Source: Phoronis australis (lineage: Eukaryota; Animalia; Phoronida). From it: a stretch of 64,000 nt of DNA. Every line of letters begins with the position of its first letter. Position 1 is the stretch's first letter. The DNA is taken from contig NMRA01000199.1 in NCBI GenBank assembly GCA_002633005.1, positions 150,505 through 214,504 on the forward strand, read 5' to 3'. Positions 52,021-64,000 of the stretch are shown here, in pieces. Both the position numbers and the translations under genes were made by a program. Under the pieces are notes generated by a model. The model had not been told where the DNA came from. It was given only the letters and a program-made list of their open reading frames with translations, and did not search any database.

Positions 52021-54919
52021 ATGAGTGTCCGACAGACCAGACGAATTATTGAACTTAAGTTAACCTAATCCTCAGTTTACTGTATCCGGCCAACGCATAA
52101 CAGAGACCCTGTCATTTAGCTACATGACGAAACGTGTTGGCAATAAGAAAATGTAGACAATATTCGCTGGCGGTAGAACAATTCAAGTTATAAGGGCTCC
52201 AAACGTTCTTTAAAATCCCTATAACCTCGATCCAGCACTGCAGTATGATGTCTTGATATGAGCACACGCAGTGCGTTGTGCTTGAAAGAACGTTATCAGA
52301 GACATGGTATTCGATTTTCCTTGGTTTCGAGTTATCTGACGAATTTTCTGGAACAAAGGGATCGAATTCTAATAAGAAGCAGAGAAAGACTTCTATTTCA
52401 ACATAATGATGTGGGCTACAACTAAATCCATTTTTGTACTAACCCTTTTCTAAAACTCCACAAAAACTCACGCAGCCACTGCTCAAACGGTAAAAAGAAC
52501 CGCGCCTGCACGGGTAGCAGAAAGCGATGCGTGCGCATCCCAGAGCACAAATTTGTAGGAGACGAGTCTTCCAATCCAGGTGTCTGTACCATAGGCGGAA
52601 TACATTCGCGAGTACTGAAGATAACGCAAGTCCGATATCGCCTTCCATATTACAAGCAAAGCCCGTGGTTCTTGCGTCTAAGCAACTCAAATCAAAATCC
52701 ATCACAAAGTCATGCAGGCAAACGTCTGCTCTGTAAAGTGGTAAATAAATTTGCATAGATGCAACCTTTACTCATATCTACAAGTATGATAACTGAATTT
52801 CTGGCTCATTGAAATATTAAAATGAAGTGATCACTACAGATCACACGTACTCTGCATCTGCTGGCGGTGCTTCTCGGGATGACTGCTATCCCACAATTCT
52901 TTGCGCATGTGACGTGCTCGCTATCCGCAAACAGGTCAATTGAACGAGTGTACAGCATCAAAGTTAAAGCTGGCGTAATTTGATGATAGACGCGCGCAAT
53001 AACGTACATATCGGTGTCAATGTTCATGACTTGATCTAATGCGGAAGATGTCCATTCGTTGGCTAACCTGTCGACATCAAAGTCAACGTGATTAAGTCTA
53101 GATGTCAATTGAAATGTACACGTGAAATGAACATTACACGACTTCTATTGAAACTACAGAAAATAATAGAACGTGATAGAAAACGGAAGTCACGACTATT
53201 ATTGAGAAAACTGGTCCATTTCTATTACCCGGCTTAGACGAGACACATCAAAGGATTCAAAACACGAACGTACATATTTCATAGTGTTAAAAGTGTTACG
53301 ATTTACGCAAAATGATGATAAGTTAAAAGCGATTTTTATGAACAGGAAAGAAACGCTATGACAGTGTTCTTTGTTTAACTCAAAAAGGATGTTTAGAAAA
53401 TACATGAGATTAAACTTTGACATTGATAACGAGAGATAAAAAGTGCGACAACTTTAGATTGATTATCAGAAATTGTGAAACACCGATTTTTGCAGGCGAA
53501 GTTTCAAGAATAAACTGTACTATTATTCAGATAGCCAAATGCGAGAGTCGCGCAAATTGGCGGATACAAACAGAACAAGCCACCGTCAGTCGACCACGAC
53601 TCGAAATCTTAATTATTGATTCCAAAACAAATAATTCGAAGCGAAATAATTCTTGGTTTCGTTCTGCTCATTATTACTAGAGCAAACAAAATCCAAGTCT
53701 TTAACTTTTGTGTAAATTTTCAGAACTGATACGTCAATTGTTTTATAAAATAAATGACTCCTTTAATGGGGTCTTCTTCAAGAGCGGCGTGCTTGACGAG
53801 TATAAGTAGTCAATTTGTTTGTGGCGTTTTAAGTAATAAAGGTGATTTCATGATCAACTAATTAGGTCGAAACCACTTAACTTCGTACAATAAACGTCAG
53901 ATGAGATACATTGCTGCATATTAAGAAAAACAACAGTCACTCAGTTTTATTTCAACAGCTAATCAATGCAATACTTCAACTCAATAGTAGGCGGCTTTGT
54001 GCCCCTATAGCCGTGAGCAAATCGCTCTCAGCCGGGGAGAGTGGACGTCCGCTCTTATAAACTTATAAAAAGGCACAGAACACGGGTAGTTGATAGTGAG
54101 AATGAGGCATTTAACGGCTTTTGCACCAGGTTTTCCGGAACGTAATGGGTTTGTTTGTGCCGAGTAGATTGGCCGTTAAGGACACGTGTAGCGTTTGTCT
54201 CGGCTTTTTAACCTATTATTATTCTAAGAACACAAACATTTAAAGCGAGGCTGTGCTCGCTTTGGAATCCCGAAATGCTGAAATTTTATCAAAAAGTTTG
54301 TGACAATTTCGAAATTGTTAATGTTAATACACACAAACCTAACGCTGCCTTATGCACGTGCAGGCTACAGACGCAGAACACTAGCAATGTTAACTCGACA
54401 CGTTTAGAACTTGAATCATTTTCCGACATTGATGCATGGTATGAGATCTGCAAAGAATGCTCTTTAATAATATTTCAAGCGACCGAATGTTTTACCTGTA
54501 CCAAATATAAACAGGATGCAAATAAACATGTAGTTTGTATCGAACATCAAAAGACAGCTGACCGAGCAGAGGATCGCCTACTTTACCCTTAGTCCTAGAG
54601 GCTGGCCAACTCCGGGATCAGTCGACTCACGTACGTGTACCACCGTGCACCGGAGTGCGAACGCATTGGGTTTTTTTGCTATCCGCTAAATGGTCATTAA
54701 AATACGTGTCCCGGTTAACTTAAGTTTCCAGTCTGGGATATGCATTTCATCTTGAATAAACTGTTCAACAACGGTGTTACAAGAATTCAACCTTCATAAA
54801 TGCATAAACAAGTTTAAAAATTGAGTCGACGTTTTTGTGCGTTTTCTGCTAAAAATGATATTATTCTGTGCCATTGAATGAAATACAGTAATGACAAACC
54901 CAGAAATCGCGAAGCATTA

Positions 54920-55429
54920 TATGTGGGTTGTAGACAATTCGTAAATGAAACTAATATACATAGAGGTATAAGTCACATTTACGTGGTATCTAGTATAAGT
55001 ATTCCAATATTTAGATATGCTATTACGAATATATAAAAACAAAAACACGTACAGATTCATGTCTGGAAACCAGAAGCAACAATATTTATAAACGGCACAT
55101 AAGAATTTGCTAACGTTGCTTAGGAGGGATTCATTGAGAACGAGGTCAAGGTTAGGACTACCATTCAATAATAATGTAACTTTAGTAGGGATATTATTAC
55201 AGGAATTGAGAGCTTTAACAATTGATTGGTTTTCATTGAGTGCACGAAAGAGTGAGTCTCTCAGGTATTCGATGAGGGGACATTTGAAGAAAATATGAGG
55301 ATAAGATTGATGGTCACCACATTTACAGTTTGGAGAGACATTACTAAAGTTATGCCTAAACTTGTCAGAGTTGAGGAAAAGACCACATCTTGATCTGTAC
55401 AATGCTATTTCGTTATCGCGGGGATTCAA
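54920..55429 (-). mobile_element. 5'-truncated LINE: ORF2 C-terminal CCHC zinc finger plus 3' UTR (CR1/Jockey-group-like)
   Basis: RSRCGLFLNSDKFRHN...SPNCKCG...HIFFKCP...R...LLLNG...L...N...V.KFL; frame intact. Confidence 0.8.
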
Positions 55430-56416
55430 AGTTCATGTGATAGATTGTTGTGTACCCTTCTAGTTCACTCTATTTCTTTTATTCAAGTACAAAGATAAAT
55501 ATTTAATGCAGAATTTTTGAGCTGATCAGTAACTGTGAACTGCACATTTTATTCTGACCAATGAGTGACCACCAACTCTTTTTCGTAGAGATTTTTGTCG
55601 TCATCAAATCATTTTGAAGCACGTACAGACATTAGGCAGCATCGCCCAGAAGGGACCGTAAATAAATTATTGAACTTGGTCAACGTTCTTGGTTAACCCA
55701 ATACAGAAGTAAATGTGATTAGCATTATGCTTCTAATATCAACAATAATCCTTTTTTGAGAAATTAAGGACCAAATTTTGTAACTAATATGCCATTTCTT
55801 CAAAAATTCGAGTCGTTCGTTCTTCCGTTTCTACTTTGGCACACAATAGTTTAGATGTGTGCACCTGCATTGTACATGAAAATTAAGTCGAAATGAACAT
55901 CCGTCGACTTGAGTTCATATCTTAGAACAAAATAGGATTTTTTAATTTGACGCACGCCTGCTTGTTTGTTACGAAAATTCCCTATTCGAGCGTTATTCTT
56001 GCAACCACCACCGCGGAGATTCACATGTCCAATCGACATTAATTATGCTATAAGGCGTCGTAGACACGTGGCATTGCACGTTTCATGGGAGTACGCACGT
56101 GTGTCTAACTTTTCAACGTTTTAAATTCGCGACCATTCAAATTTGTTCTAATTTTCATAAGATTTGTTTTTTAAAACTTCGATACTGACAGCCAAAGCAT
56201 TCCCCCCTTAGTTGAAATTATAACGAACCTGGCGTGCAGAAAATTTGTTTTAAATATCCACCAAACTAGCAATAACCTGTGTGCTTGTAAGTAGATGTTG
56301 TGTGGGTCAGAGGTGTCAGTGCAAATTCTTGTTTGCAGACAGGTTTGAACTTCAACAGAACGCGATATTTCTTACGATGCTAGCTGAGTGTTGCAAATTG
56401 GTCGGCAGTTCGTACA

Positions 56417-56981
56417 AGTACAGAACGCACATTGTTTTTCTTACGTATATATATATACATATATATATATATATACACATATATATATATATTTTTTTTT
56501 ATAAATGTATACAATATAAATGAACTCATGGTGAAAATAAGTCTACTAGGCCTGCTTGAGATTCAATTATTTTTCAGAAACAGTTGTGGAGCCCAAAACC
56601 AAATTTCTTATTTAAGTCTTAAGCCACTTGTCAAGAAACGAACTCCAGGTACTTTACCCGATATGGAAAGTTTCTGAACATTGGTGACACCAAAATATAN
56701 GTACAGAACGCACATTGTTTTTCTTACGTATATATATATACATATATATATATATATACACATATATATATATATTTTTTTTTATAAATGTATACAATAT
56801 AAATGAACTCATGGTGAAAATAAGTCTACTAGGCCTGCTTGAGATTCAATTATTTTTCAGAAACAGTTGTGGAACCCAAAACCAAATTTCTTATTTAAGT
56901 CTTAAGCCACTTGTCAAGAAACGAACTCCAGGTACTTTACCCGATATGGAAAGTTTCTGAACATTGGTGACACCAAAATAT
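56417..56981. repeat. 283-bp tandem duplication joined at a single n (probable assembly artifact)
   Basis: Copies identical except gagccc/gaaccc; n at 56700 lies at the junction. Confidence 0.9.
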
Positions 56982-57330
56982 AGAACATCGTATGTTTAGA
57001 CTAAACAATCACCAACGTTGCTGTACGAAATGATATCATACACATTTTGTTTATATCCGGACTTAAGAATTGAAGACAGAAATTTGGTCTTACGCTACCA
57101 CTCTATAATTGCTGAGTAAATGTTTAGCCAACTGAATGAGCACATTACAGACTAGAAGTAATTTACAGAAATTGTCTCGGTAACAAGCAATTATTTGTGT
57201 ATTATCAAAATAATTAAGTGATGATTACTTATTTTTTAAAAATTGTTGTGTGGGGCGTAAGACCGAATTTCTGACTTCAGATTTAAGTCACTCTTTAAGC
57301 ATAGCCCGGATATTGTTACAGTGTTTTATA

Positions 57331-57862
57331 TCTGCGCATGTGCGAACTTCAATCGTAACAGGAAAGGCATTCGACCAAAAGACGATTAAAATCACGACTT
57401 CAATCTCTCAGTCTGCCTCATAATGTACTGTTAACTCTTGTTTAGTGGCAATAAGCCCGCTTTATATGACAAAAATTAACGCTGGGTTTAAAGGCCTTAG
57501 TGTTATGGAAGTGGTCTAAAATTGCCCTTCAAAATTGGAGTGTATGTCCGTCTTCGTAACTGAATTTGACCGTCGGGCATTGCTTGAGACTAGATTTTAC
57601 AAATTGAGTTGTCACGACTAGTCAGTTTATGTCCCTTGGGGTGATCTCGACAAAGAGTAGTAGCGAACTGTCAGTTCTTTGCAAGCCGGCCGTTATCACT
57701 TCTCATCTCAGTATATGACAGGGATATCCCGTGGCAGTCGACGACATTCTCCATTTTGTGAGCCACATGATTTGCTGTTATGCATAGAGTCCGCACATGC
57801 GCAGAAATGAAGCACCTGCGAGGGATGAGTTGAGGCTACAAAAATATCCAAGGTGTTTCGAA
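57331..57862. mobile_element. Diverged second copy of the 24190-25488 TIR family
   Basis: tctgcgcatgtgcgaacttcaat (inverted) at 57331; cgcacatgcgcagaaa...gctacaaaaatatccaaggtgtttcgaa at 57792-57862. Confidence 0.55.
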
Positions 57863-58517
57863 AGTTACGTATGCAGCATGTACGTATCATAGGAAAATTG
57901 ACGAAAATAGCAGCAAGTCGCCACAGTGTAGACGTATCTTGAGACTGATCATGAAAACCCATTAGCGATAAAACATTTCAAATTCTAAATAATTAGAAAA
58001 TTTGTGTATTGAAATTACCTAGAAACGCTGTTTCTCTGCGTTAACGGAAATCTCTACGAGATAAAGTGGGTGAAATAAAAACAAATCAGTTGTAACTGTC
58101 TTTAAGTAAAGGAGTGTTGATCCAAACCTGTCAATCGAGTCTTAATGCTAGATTAAAACGACTGTCTGGCATGCATATGGCATTTAACGTTTCAATGAAT
58201 AATGCCACTTGCTAACTCAACAAGATTGGGCAAGGTGTTGATACAGATTTACTGAACAGTACCAACAAAAAGGCAGCTTGGCAATCTGTCATGTTATGCG
58301 AGCTTTGATTCCGAAACTTAAAATTATTTCCACGAACTCCAATTTTAAGCCAGATCGTCTGCTTGTACATGCTGCCTTATTCCAACGTTTGATCTTTCAA
58401 GAACCAACATCTGTGGCAGGGTTTGTAGTGTAAAATCTCGTAAATTTATGAATAAAATGACAAGAAAATTTTATAATTTTCTTTTTATATAAACGAAATT
58501 AGTGCCGAACTCAGGGC

Positions 58518-58984
58518 TTAAGGCCGAATATAAAGTTGAAAAAAAATATAGAAAGCAGGGGCGAGAAATGTGATGGGCGGACATTTAAATCGGACGAACA
58601 AACCCAAAATGCAAAGGACGGACGAAAAATGGGAAGGCCAGATGACGTTTTCATTTTGCTACCTCAAATGACGCACTGAATAGCGTAAAAAAATATTCAC
58701 TTTGTCGTTATAGTTCTAAATTTTACTTGTTCAAAATAGTTCCAGTTCCTGAAAATGTATGATTCGATCCTCATTCGACAAGTCGCTGTGGTATTTCTAA
58801 AAATGTCTAATTCAAAAGCTGCTATTCACTGCAAATTTTAAAGACGTGTTACGTTATCAAGCAACGGCAGCACCGGCTTCCAGGAGTCGGCCTTCCTTTT
58901 ACATTTCTCGTCTGTCCTCGTCATTTCTCGTCTTTCCCACTGAAACGTCCGTCCTTCCCATCACATTCGATGACATGCCTTTAA
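58518..58984. mobile_element. Possible decayed TTAA-flanked MITE
   Basis: ttaaggc ... gcctttaa ends; aatgtgatggg...ggac is inverted against gtccttcccatcacatt. Confidence 0.35.
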
Positions 58985-61900
58985 ATCATTAATTGACCAC
59001 TTTAAGATGCAGAGCTACACTCAAATAACAAGAATTGGTGGCATACAGGACAGTGTTAGCGGTTTTGAAAACTCAGTTTGCCAATCATTTCTCCGGCAGA
59101 AGTTGGTGAGACTGCTACTACTGTATACAATAGGCCATCTGGTAAATTTGTGTTTTTGGTCATTCATCGGTCAGCGAAAGGTTTGAAATTTCTAACTTTT
59201 TATTAACACACAAAAAAACGCTCTCCCTCACTATTTTATTTCTTTTTTTCTCTTTTAAAAGCTACACAAACGTACAGAAGCTACTTTTTGTGAGCTAATT
59301 GTCTTGGCGAACAAGCGACAATCACCTCGTTCCTCGCTTGAAACGATTAAAAACGGGTTGCAATAGGCAACTCGTGAGCGGTTTTTCCTCGCTACTACCC
59401 CCCGCCGCTCCGGCGACATAGTTATAGTCAGTTAAAGCGCCACTGCTCAAGTGAAGTTGTAGTACGAAGTACAGAAAAGGACTACTGTCTGTTACATCAG
59501 GCACCAGGTGGCGCAAGGCTAAAATGCAGCCAAAAAAGACAAGTCCTGTCCCATTTCGACTGGCATCGGGTGACCTTTTCCAAAACTGCATTATGAATTT
59601 TCAAAAAATCCAAACACCGGAACCAATTATCTGTTTTGGCCTTAGTAGATTGCTTTTATTTTGTTACATTGTACGTTAAATATAAAGACTCTTAAAAGTG
59701 CACGTTTATAGAAAAACAAACGATTGTTTTGTGGCCTTGCTGTAATTCCTAATTAGGGCCCGGGGTTTCGTCTCTGTATTCGAGTTGACCAACAGCATGT
59801 CGAGCTTTGCGTAAATCATACAAACGTGCATTCGAGTCTTGCAGCGTGATTGGCTAGTATCGAGTCTGAATCTGGGCCGAGTGAGAGTTTGGAGATCAGA
59901 TCGTTGGCCGGGAATGTACGCATGCAGTGGACTTTTCACTTGAGGTAAATTTTGATGTAAATATTTGTGCCTAATGAAATGATTCTTGTGTCTGTTATAT
60001 GGGAGACAGAACTTTAGTCTTCGACTTCAATTTCACACTTACTAAAAAGGTTTATCCATGTAATTGAGCGCCTACTAGTTTAAAAATGCTTTATAGAAAT
60101 TAGCGCGGTAGCTTGCAGTTATGTATATATTTTCAGAGACTTTGGACTTTTGCACAAGTGATATTAAATTACAGAAATTACTGTTTGGATAGTAAGACCG
60201 AATTTCTATGTTTTAAGTATAAGGATGCTTTTGATGTGACAGACTCCACTGTATGTCAAGTGTGTGAATTTCAAATGTATGTGTTACGAACCGTGCAAAA
60301 TGTCGCAATAAATTGTGAAAAAAAACTTTAGTTTATACAAATAAATACATGTATTTAAAACAAAACAGAATAAAACATCAAATATTGATGTGTGTTGACT
60401 AGCTTCGAGAAAAACACAGATAAAAGACTCAAAATTAAACAGGTCCTTTAGCAAACATAAACTCGCATTTCACTGCAGGGATTGTGAAATGTGTGGAACC
60501 TATTTGGGGAATAGATACAGAAGGCTTCAGAGTTTAATTATTTGGATATTAAATCTACTCCCAAAGGTGTTTTTACGTACAGTAAGCGCAGAAAACTGTG
60601 TCTGACAACACGACAAAGGGTATTTTTTACTAAAAACACATGACTAAATGTATCGATACTTCTGTGCAAACGTGCTTAAAATGTTTGACACAAGCTCGTA
60701 CGCAATGAATTTTATAATTTTAATTGCAACTTGGTCAGCATTTCTGAAACGTTTCTGAATTAATGAGATAAAAGTTCGGCAGAGTAAATATAAATTGTTA
60801 AATACTGGTAAAGGATTACTGACATGCCAATCCACAGATATGTTAGCGTGTGCTATAGTGTGCCATATAAAATGGCTGAACAAAACATGTGTCGCTGAGC
60901 TCTAAATGTCAAACGAATGTTATTTGCGCATGTTCTGGGGGTTGTCTGGGTACAGTGTACCACAAGGCGTGGGTGATGCTGCCACATGTATACGTGAGTT
61001 TCAACAACGATTACTGCGATCTTGGCATCCAGGATCGGAAAAAACGATGTATTTTCGTAATCATTAGATATTTATAAAACTGTTGAAAATAACTGTGTCA
61101 CTGAAAAATACATAAATGCTTAGAAAACAGTTTTCACAGAGTAGCCCTCGCAGGATTTAGATGTTCGGCGCATTCTCAATTTATAGTTAAGGGAAGGAGG
61201 GCTAAGAGCAAAGGCTATACGGCCCTGGTGTATTATGATGGACAGGTGGAATCAGGTATTTAAAATACTCTTGCAGATTCATGATTCAAACATATTGATA
61301 AAAATCGCTCAATATTTGATGAATACTGAAAAACGTCGAAATGAGCACTTTATTATCGGTTAATTTTGGGTTTGGATATTCTATTCTCTCTACGTATTAT
61401 ACATTTGTAAGGTGGGCCGCATGGCAATGTCAGATTTGCGGTGAATTATTTTAATTTACGGGCAAATAATACCTTGAACTAAACTACAACAAAACCTGTC
61501 ACAAAAACAAAGACAAAATATGGCACACGTTAATGGCAGACCTCTTGTAAGTTATCTACATCTTGATATATTATCATGACGTCACAACACTTTATTTCAT
61601 CCAATAATCTTCGTGATTATTGGCGGCGGTTCCCGATACAAGCAAACTCTCTAATACTAAAGGTAAAAAAATTGGTACCTGTATTCCGGCGTTGTTTGGC
61701 AGAACCATGCCTTTCGACAAAATAATGTTTTCGGCATGTTTTATTATAAAGTTATGCTAACTTAACTATTCGTGAGATTTTAAGCTTAAGATGCATAAAG
61801 TAGGGTATGCACTGGTGACATTTTCACAACATTTCTCCAACATTTTTCCAACTACTCTACAACATGTCCAATGTACACTGAGATAACAACACGACATCTT

Positions 61901-62417
61901 GACAACATGTTGGAAATTTGCTGGAGAAAATGATCGAGACATTTTTGGAGGGAAAATATGTACTCTGGGAAAAATTCTACAACATGGTGTTCCAACGAGG
62001 TCTCTGGTAAATTGGCACTAATGTACAAGACATTAAAAGAATTCGTTAAAGCAACGCGTAATTGCTCCAATTTTCACGTCTTAAAATTTATGACCAACTG
62101 TCATTTGGTTGACCACCGACCAGGGCATCAACAGCTATTAAATACCATCTGTGTAAAAAGTCGAAAATATCGACGCCAAGGTAAGAAACTTATGCACGAG
62201 TCAGGTGCGCACGCGAACCTTTCCTTTCCTCTCAAAAAATGTTAACGACAGTAACGTGATCTCGCGAGACCTCTCCCAAGTCGTTGGTCATACGGTAGCT
62301 TTGGCAACGCGCTCCAACACAAACTCAGTGGTAACAATAACGATCACGCGTGATTCAACTCCACCTGGGTTCGGTTGGTTCGTGTCAATTTGAAGCACTT
62401 TGATGTTCACCTCACCA

Positions 62418-63163
62418 TCACCACCACGACGGTGTTCTTGATTGCATAAGTGGGTGACTATATGAGGGCAGGGGTACATTCATAGTGTTCATTCCCATAC
62501 CCACAGATGTTAGAGATCCCATGTTATTGTTCATGTTATAGGCACTCATGTTCATTGTATTAGGCATACTGCAGGAGGCCATGTTGTATGACGCCATGTG
62601 AGAGTTCATATGTGTTAACCCTGATGGATGGGATAGCCCTGGAGCAGACATGGCTAACTCTTGTTGCTTCATCATCCCCATATTCGGGGGTTGACACGGC
62701 TTTCCGTCCCGCACCAACACGGGCACTGCGACACGCCTAGGAGACGGCAATGGGTTCATGTCAAGACCTTTTTCCTGTCGCGCCCTTTTCATTTTGTAGC
62801 GGTGGTTTTGAAACCATATTTTCACTTGCACTGGTGTTAGACGAATGATACTCGCTAAATGCTCCCTTTCAGGAGCAGACAGATATCTCTGCTGGCGAAA
62901 TCGCCTTTCTAGCTCGTAAGTTTGGGCTTTAGAAAATAAAACGCGGCGTTTTCGCTTTTTAGGTTGGTCGCCATTTTGATTGCCTGATTCTTGTTCGTCG
63001 TTTTGATTATCCTTTTCATCCTCCTCTTCTTCCTCGTCCTGTTCAAGATTATGTGAGATGTCACCAGGGGCGCTGCTGGTGTTAGAATGTTGACAAGGAG
63101 AGTACACATTTTGATCTGGCGAGCCTCCGTTCGATAAAGCTGTGCTGGCTAACATGGGAAGAT
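62418..63163 (-). CDS. NKX2-2: NK2 homeobox protein NKX2-2 (vnd orthology group), last coding exon; upstream exon(s) lie outside the window
   Basis: Homeodomain [36 protein letters not shown]...[11 protein letters not shown] (62957-62778; Tyr54; AQTY and FRQQRY residues of Nkx2.2); NK2-[19 protein letters not shown]; tttacag acceptor before 63163, phase 1. Confidence 0.96.
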
Positions 63164-64000
63164 CTGTAAATAAACAAAAAAGTTGAAATCATCAAAGGTA
63201 AAAGGTGTTAATGTCGTTAACTGTATCTAGTGATTTGCGCTGTAGCAACTGCTTGGCAGATACTTTCACAAATATTATAGTCTTGATTACTGACAAACTA
63301 AATGTTACTTTCGAAATTCAGTAGCGGCAGAAGGAGCAAGAGCCACTTGCCCACGAAAATTTTACACAAAAATATGTAGTTTCACACAACCTATAATTTT
63401 AATTATCAAAATAATTGAAGTTTTCGGCAATTACATTTTTTCTGAAAAAAGTGAATAGTTATCATTGCGACCGATAAAATCGAATATTGCATTTTAGTCC
63501 AATTTACATGCGTCCAGAAATAAAATTTCGACATTTTGAAAACCCCTGTTCTCAATCAAGTTGAAGTTCGTTTGTTTTTACTGAGACTCCATATAAGCTA
63601 CAAATTGTATCGCCGGTCAAAAGACCAATCGCGTTGATTTACGATTCCGATTAGATAACTTCGTCATATTAATAGGCGATGCTGTTAGACATAGAGCAAG
63701 ATAAAGCCATTCAAAAACAAAAATGAGGACGAACGTGATTAAAATTTGAGTTGCTTTTAGGGTAAAAGAAATTGTTTTATCATGGTAAATCTTACACATG
63801 ACTTCACAAATGTTAACCGTTATCGATCACGGGATTTTACCACGTAAAAACAATTTCTGAATAAACTTGATAAAAGCGCCTTCAAACGTTATCGACCACC
63901 GCGGTGGGTATTAGTTTGTTTTCTCTGGTTCATATCGGATGGTACAATTTAACAAACACATACTTGTCAACTGCGACCACAATCTAGATGATCTCAACTT

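Noticed and set aside
56417-56981. Tandem 283-bp duplication as a biological event
   Set aside because: Junction is exactly at a single n with 1 substitution between copies, typical of an unmerged contig overlap between haplotypes
63155-63163. ATG at 63155 as the NKX2-2 start codon
   Set aside because: A strong acceptor lies 8 nt upstream and the N-terminal TN/eh1 motif is missing, so this is an internal Met of the last exon

Overview
AT-rich genomic DNA from an invertebrate bilaterian, with spliceosomal introns, one 612-nt N gap and three single-n joins. Three protein-coding loci are supported, all on the minus strand. (1) The 5' six coding exons of LRRC9 (4416 to 569; the gene continues off the left edge). 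(2) A 9-exon gene (18033 to 8017) that I assembled by hand and that the ORF track only shows in fragments. It encodes a ~464-aa secreted protein with seven atypical Kazal-like six-cysteine domains, Thr/Pro linkers and two EGSGD motifs, and every internal exon is phase 2-2 and splits a domain at the same point. (3) The homeobox-containing last exon of NKX2-2 (63163 to 62418). About 44 kb of gene desert lies between the Kazal-like gene and NKX2-2. It holds a young Penelope-like element (GIY-YIG ORF, 165-bp inverted repeats each carrying a minimal hammerhead ribozyme), decayed LINE fragments, MITE/TIR elements, microsatellites and candidate regulatory sites. The most novel-looking items are the multi-Kazal gene and a 51-bp-period array of palindromes with orientation-flipped spacers in one of its introns. 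All calls come from manual reading; no database searches were run.
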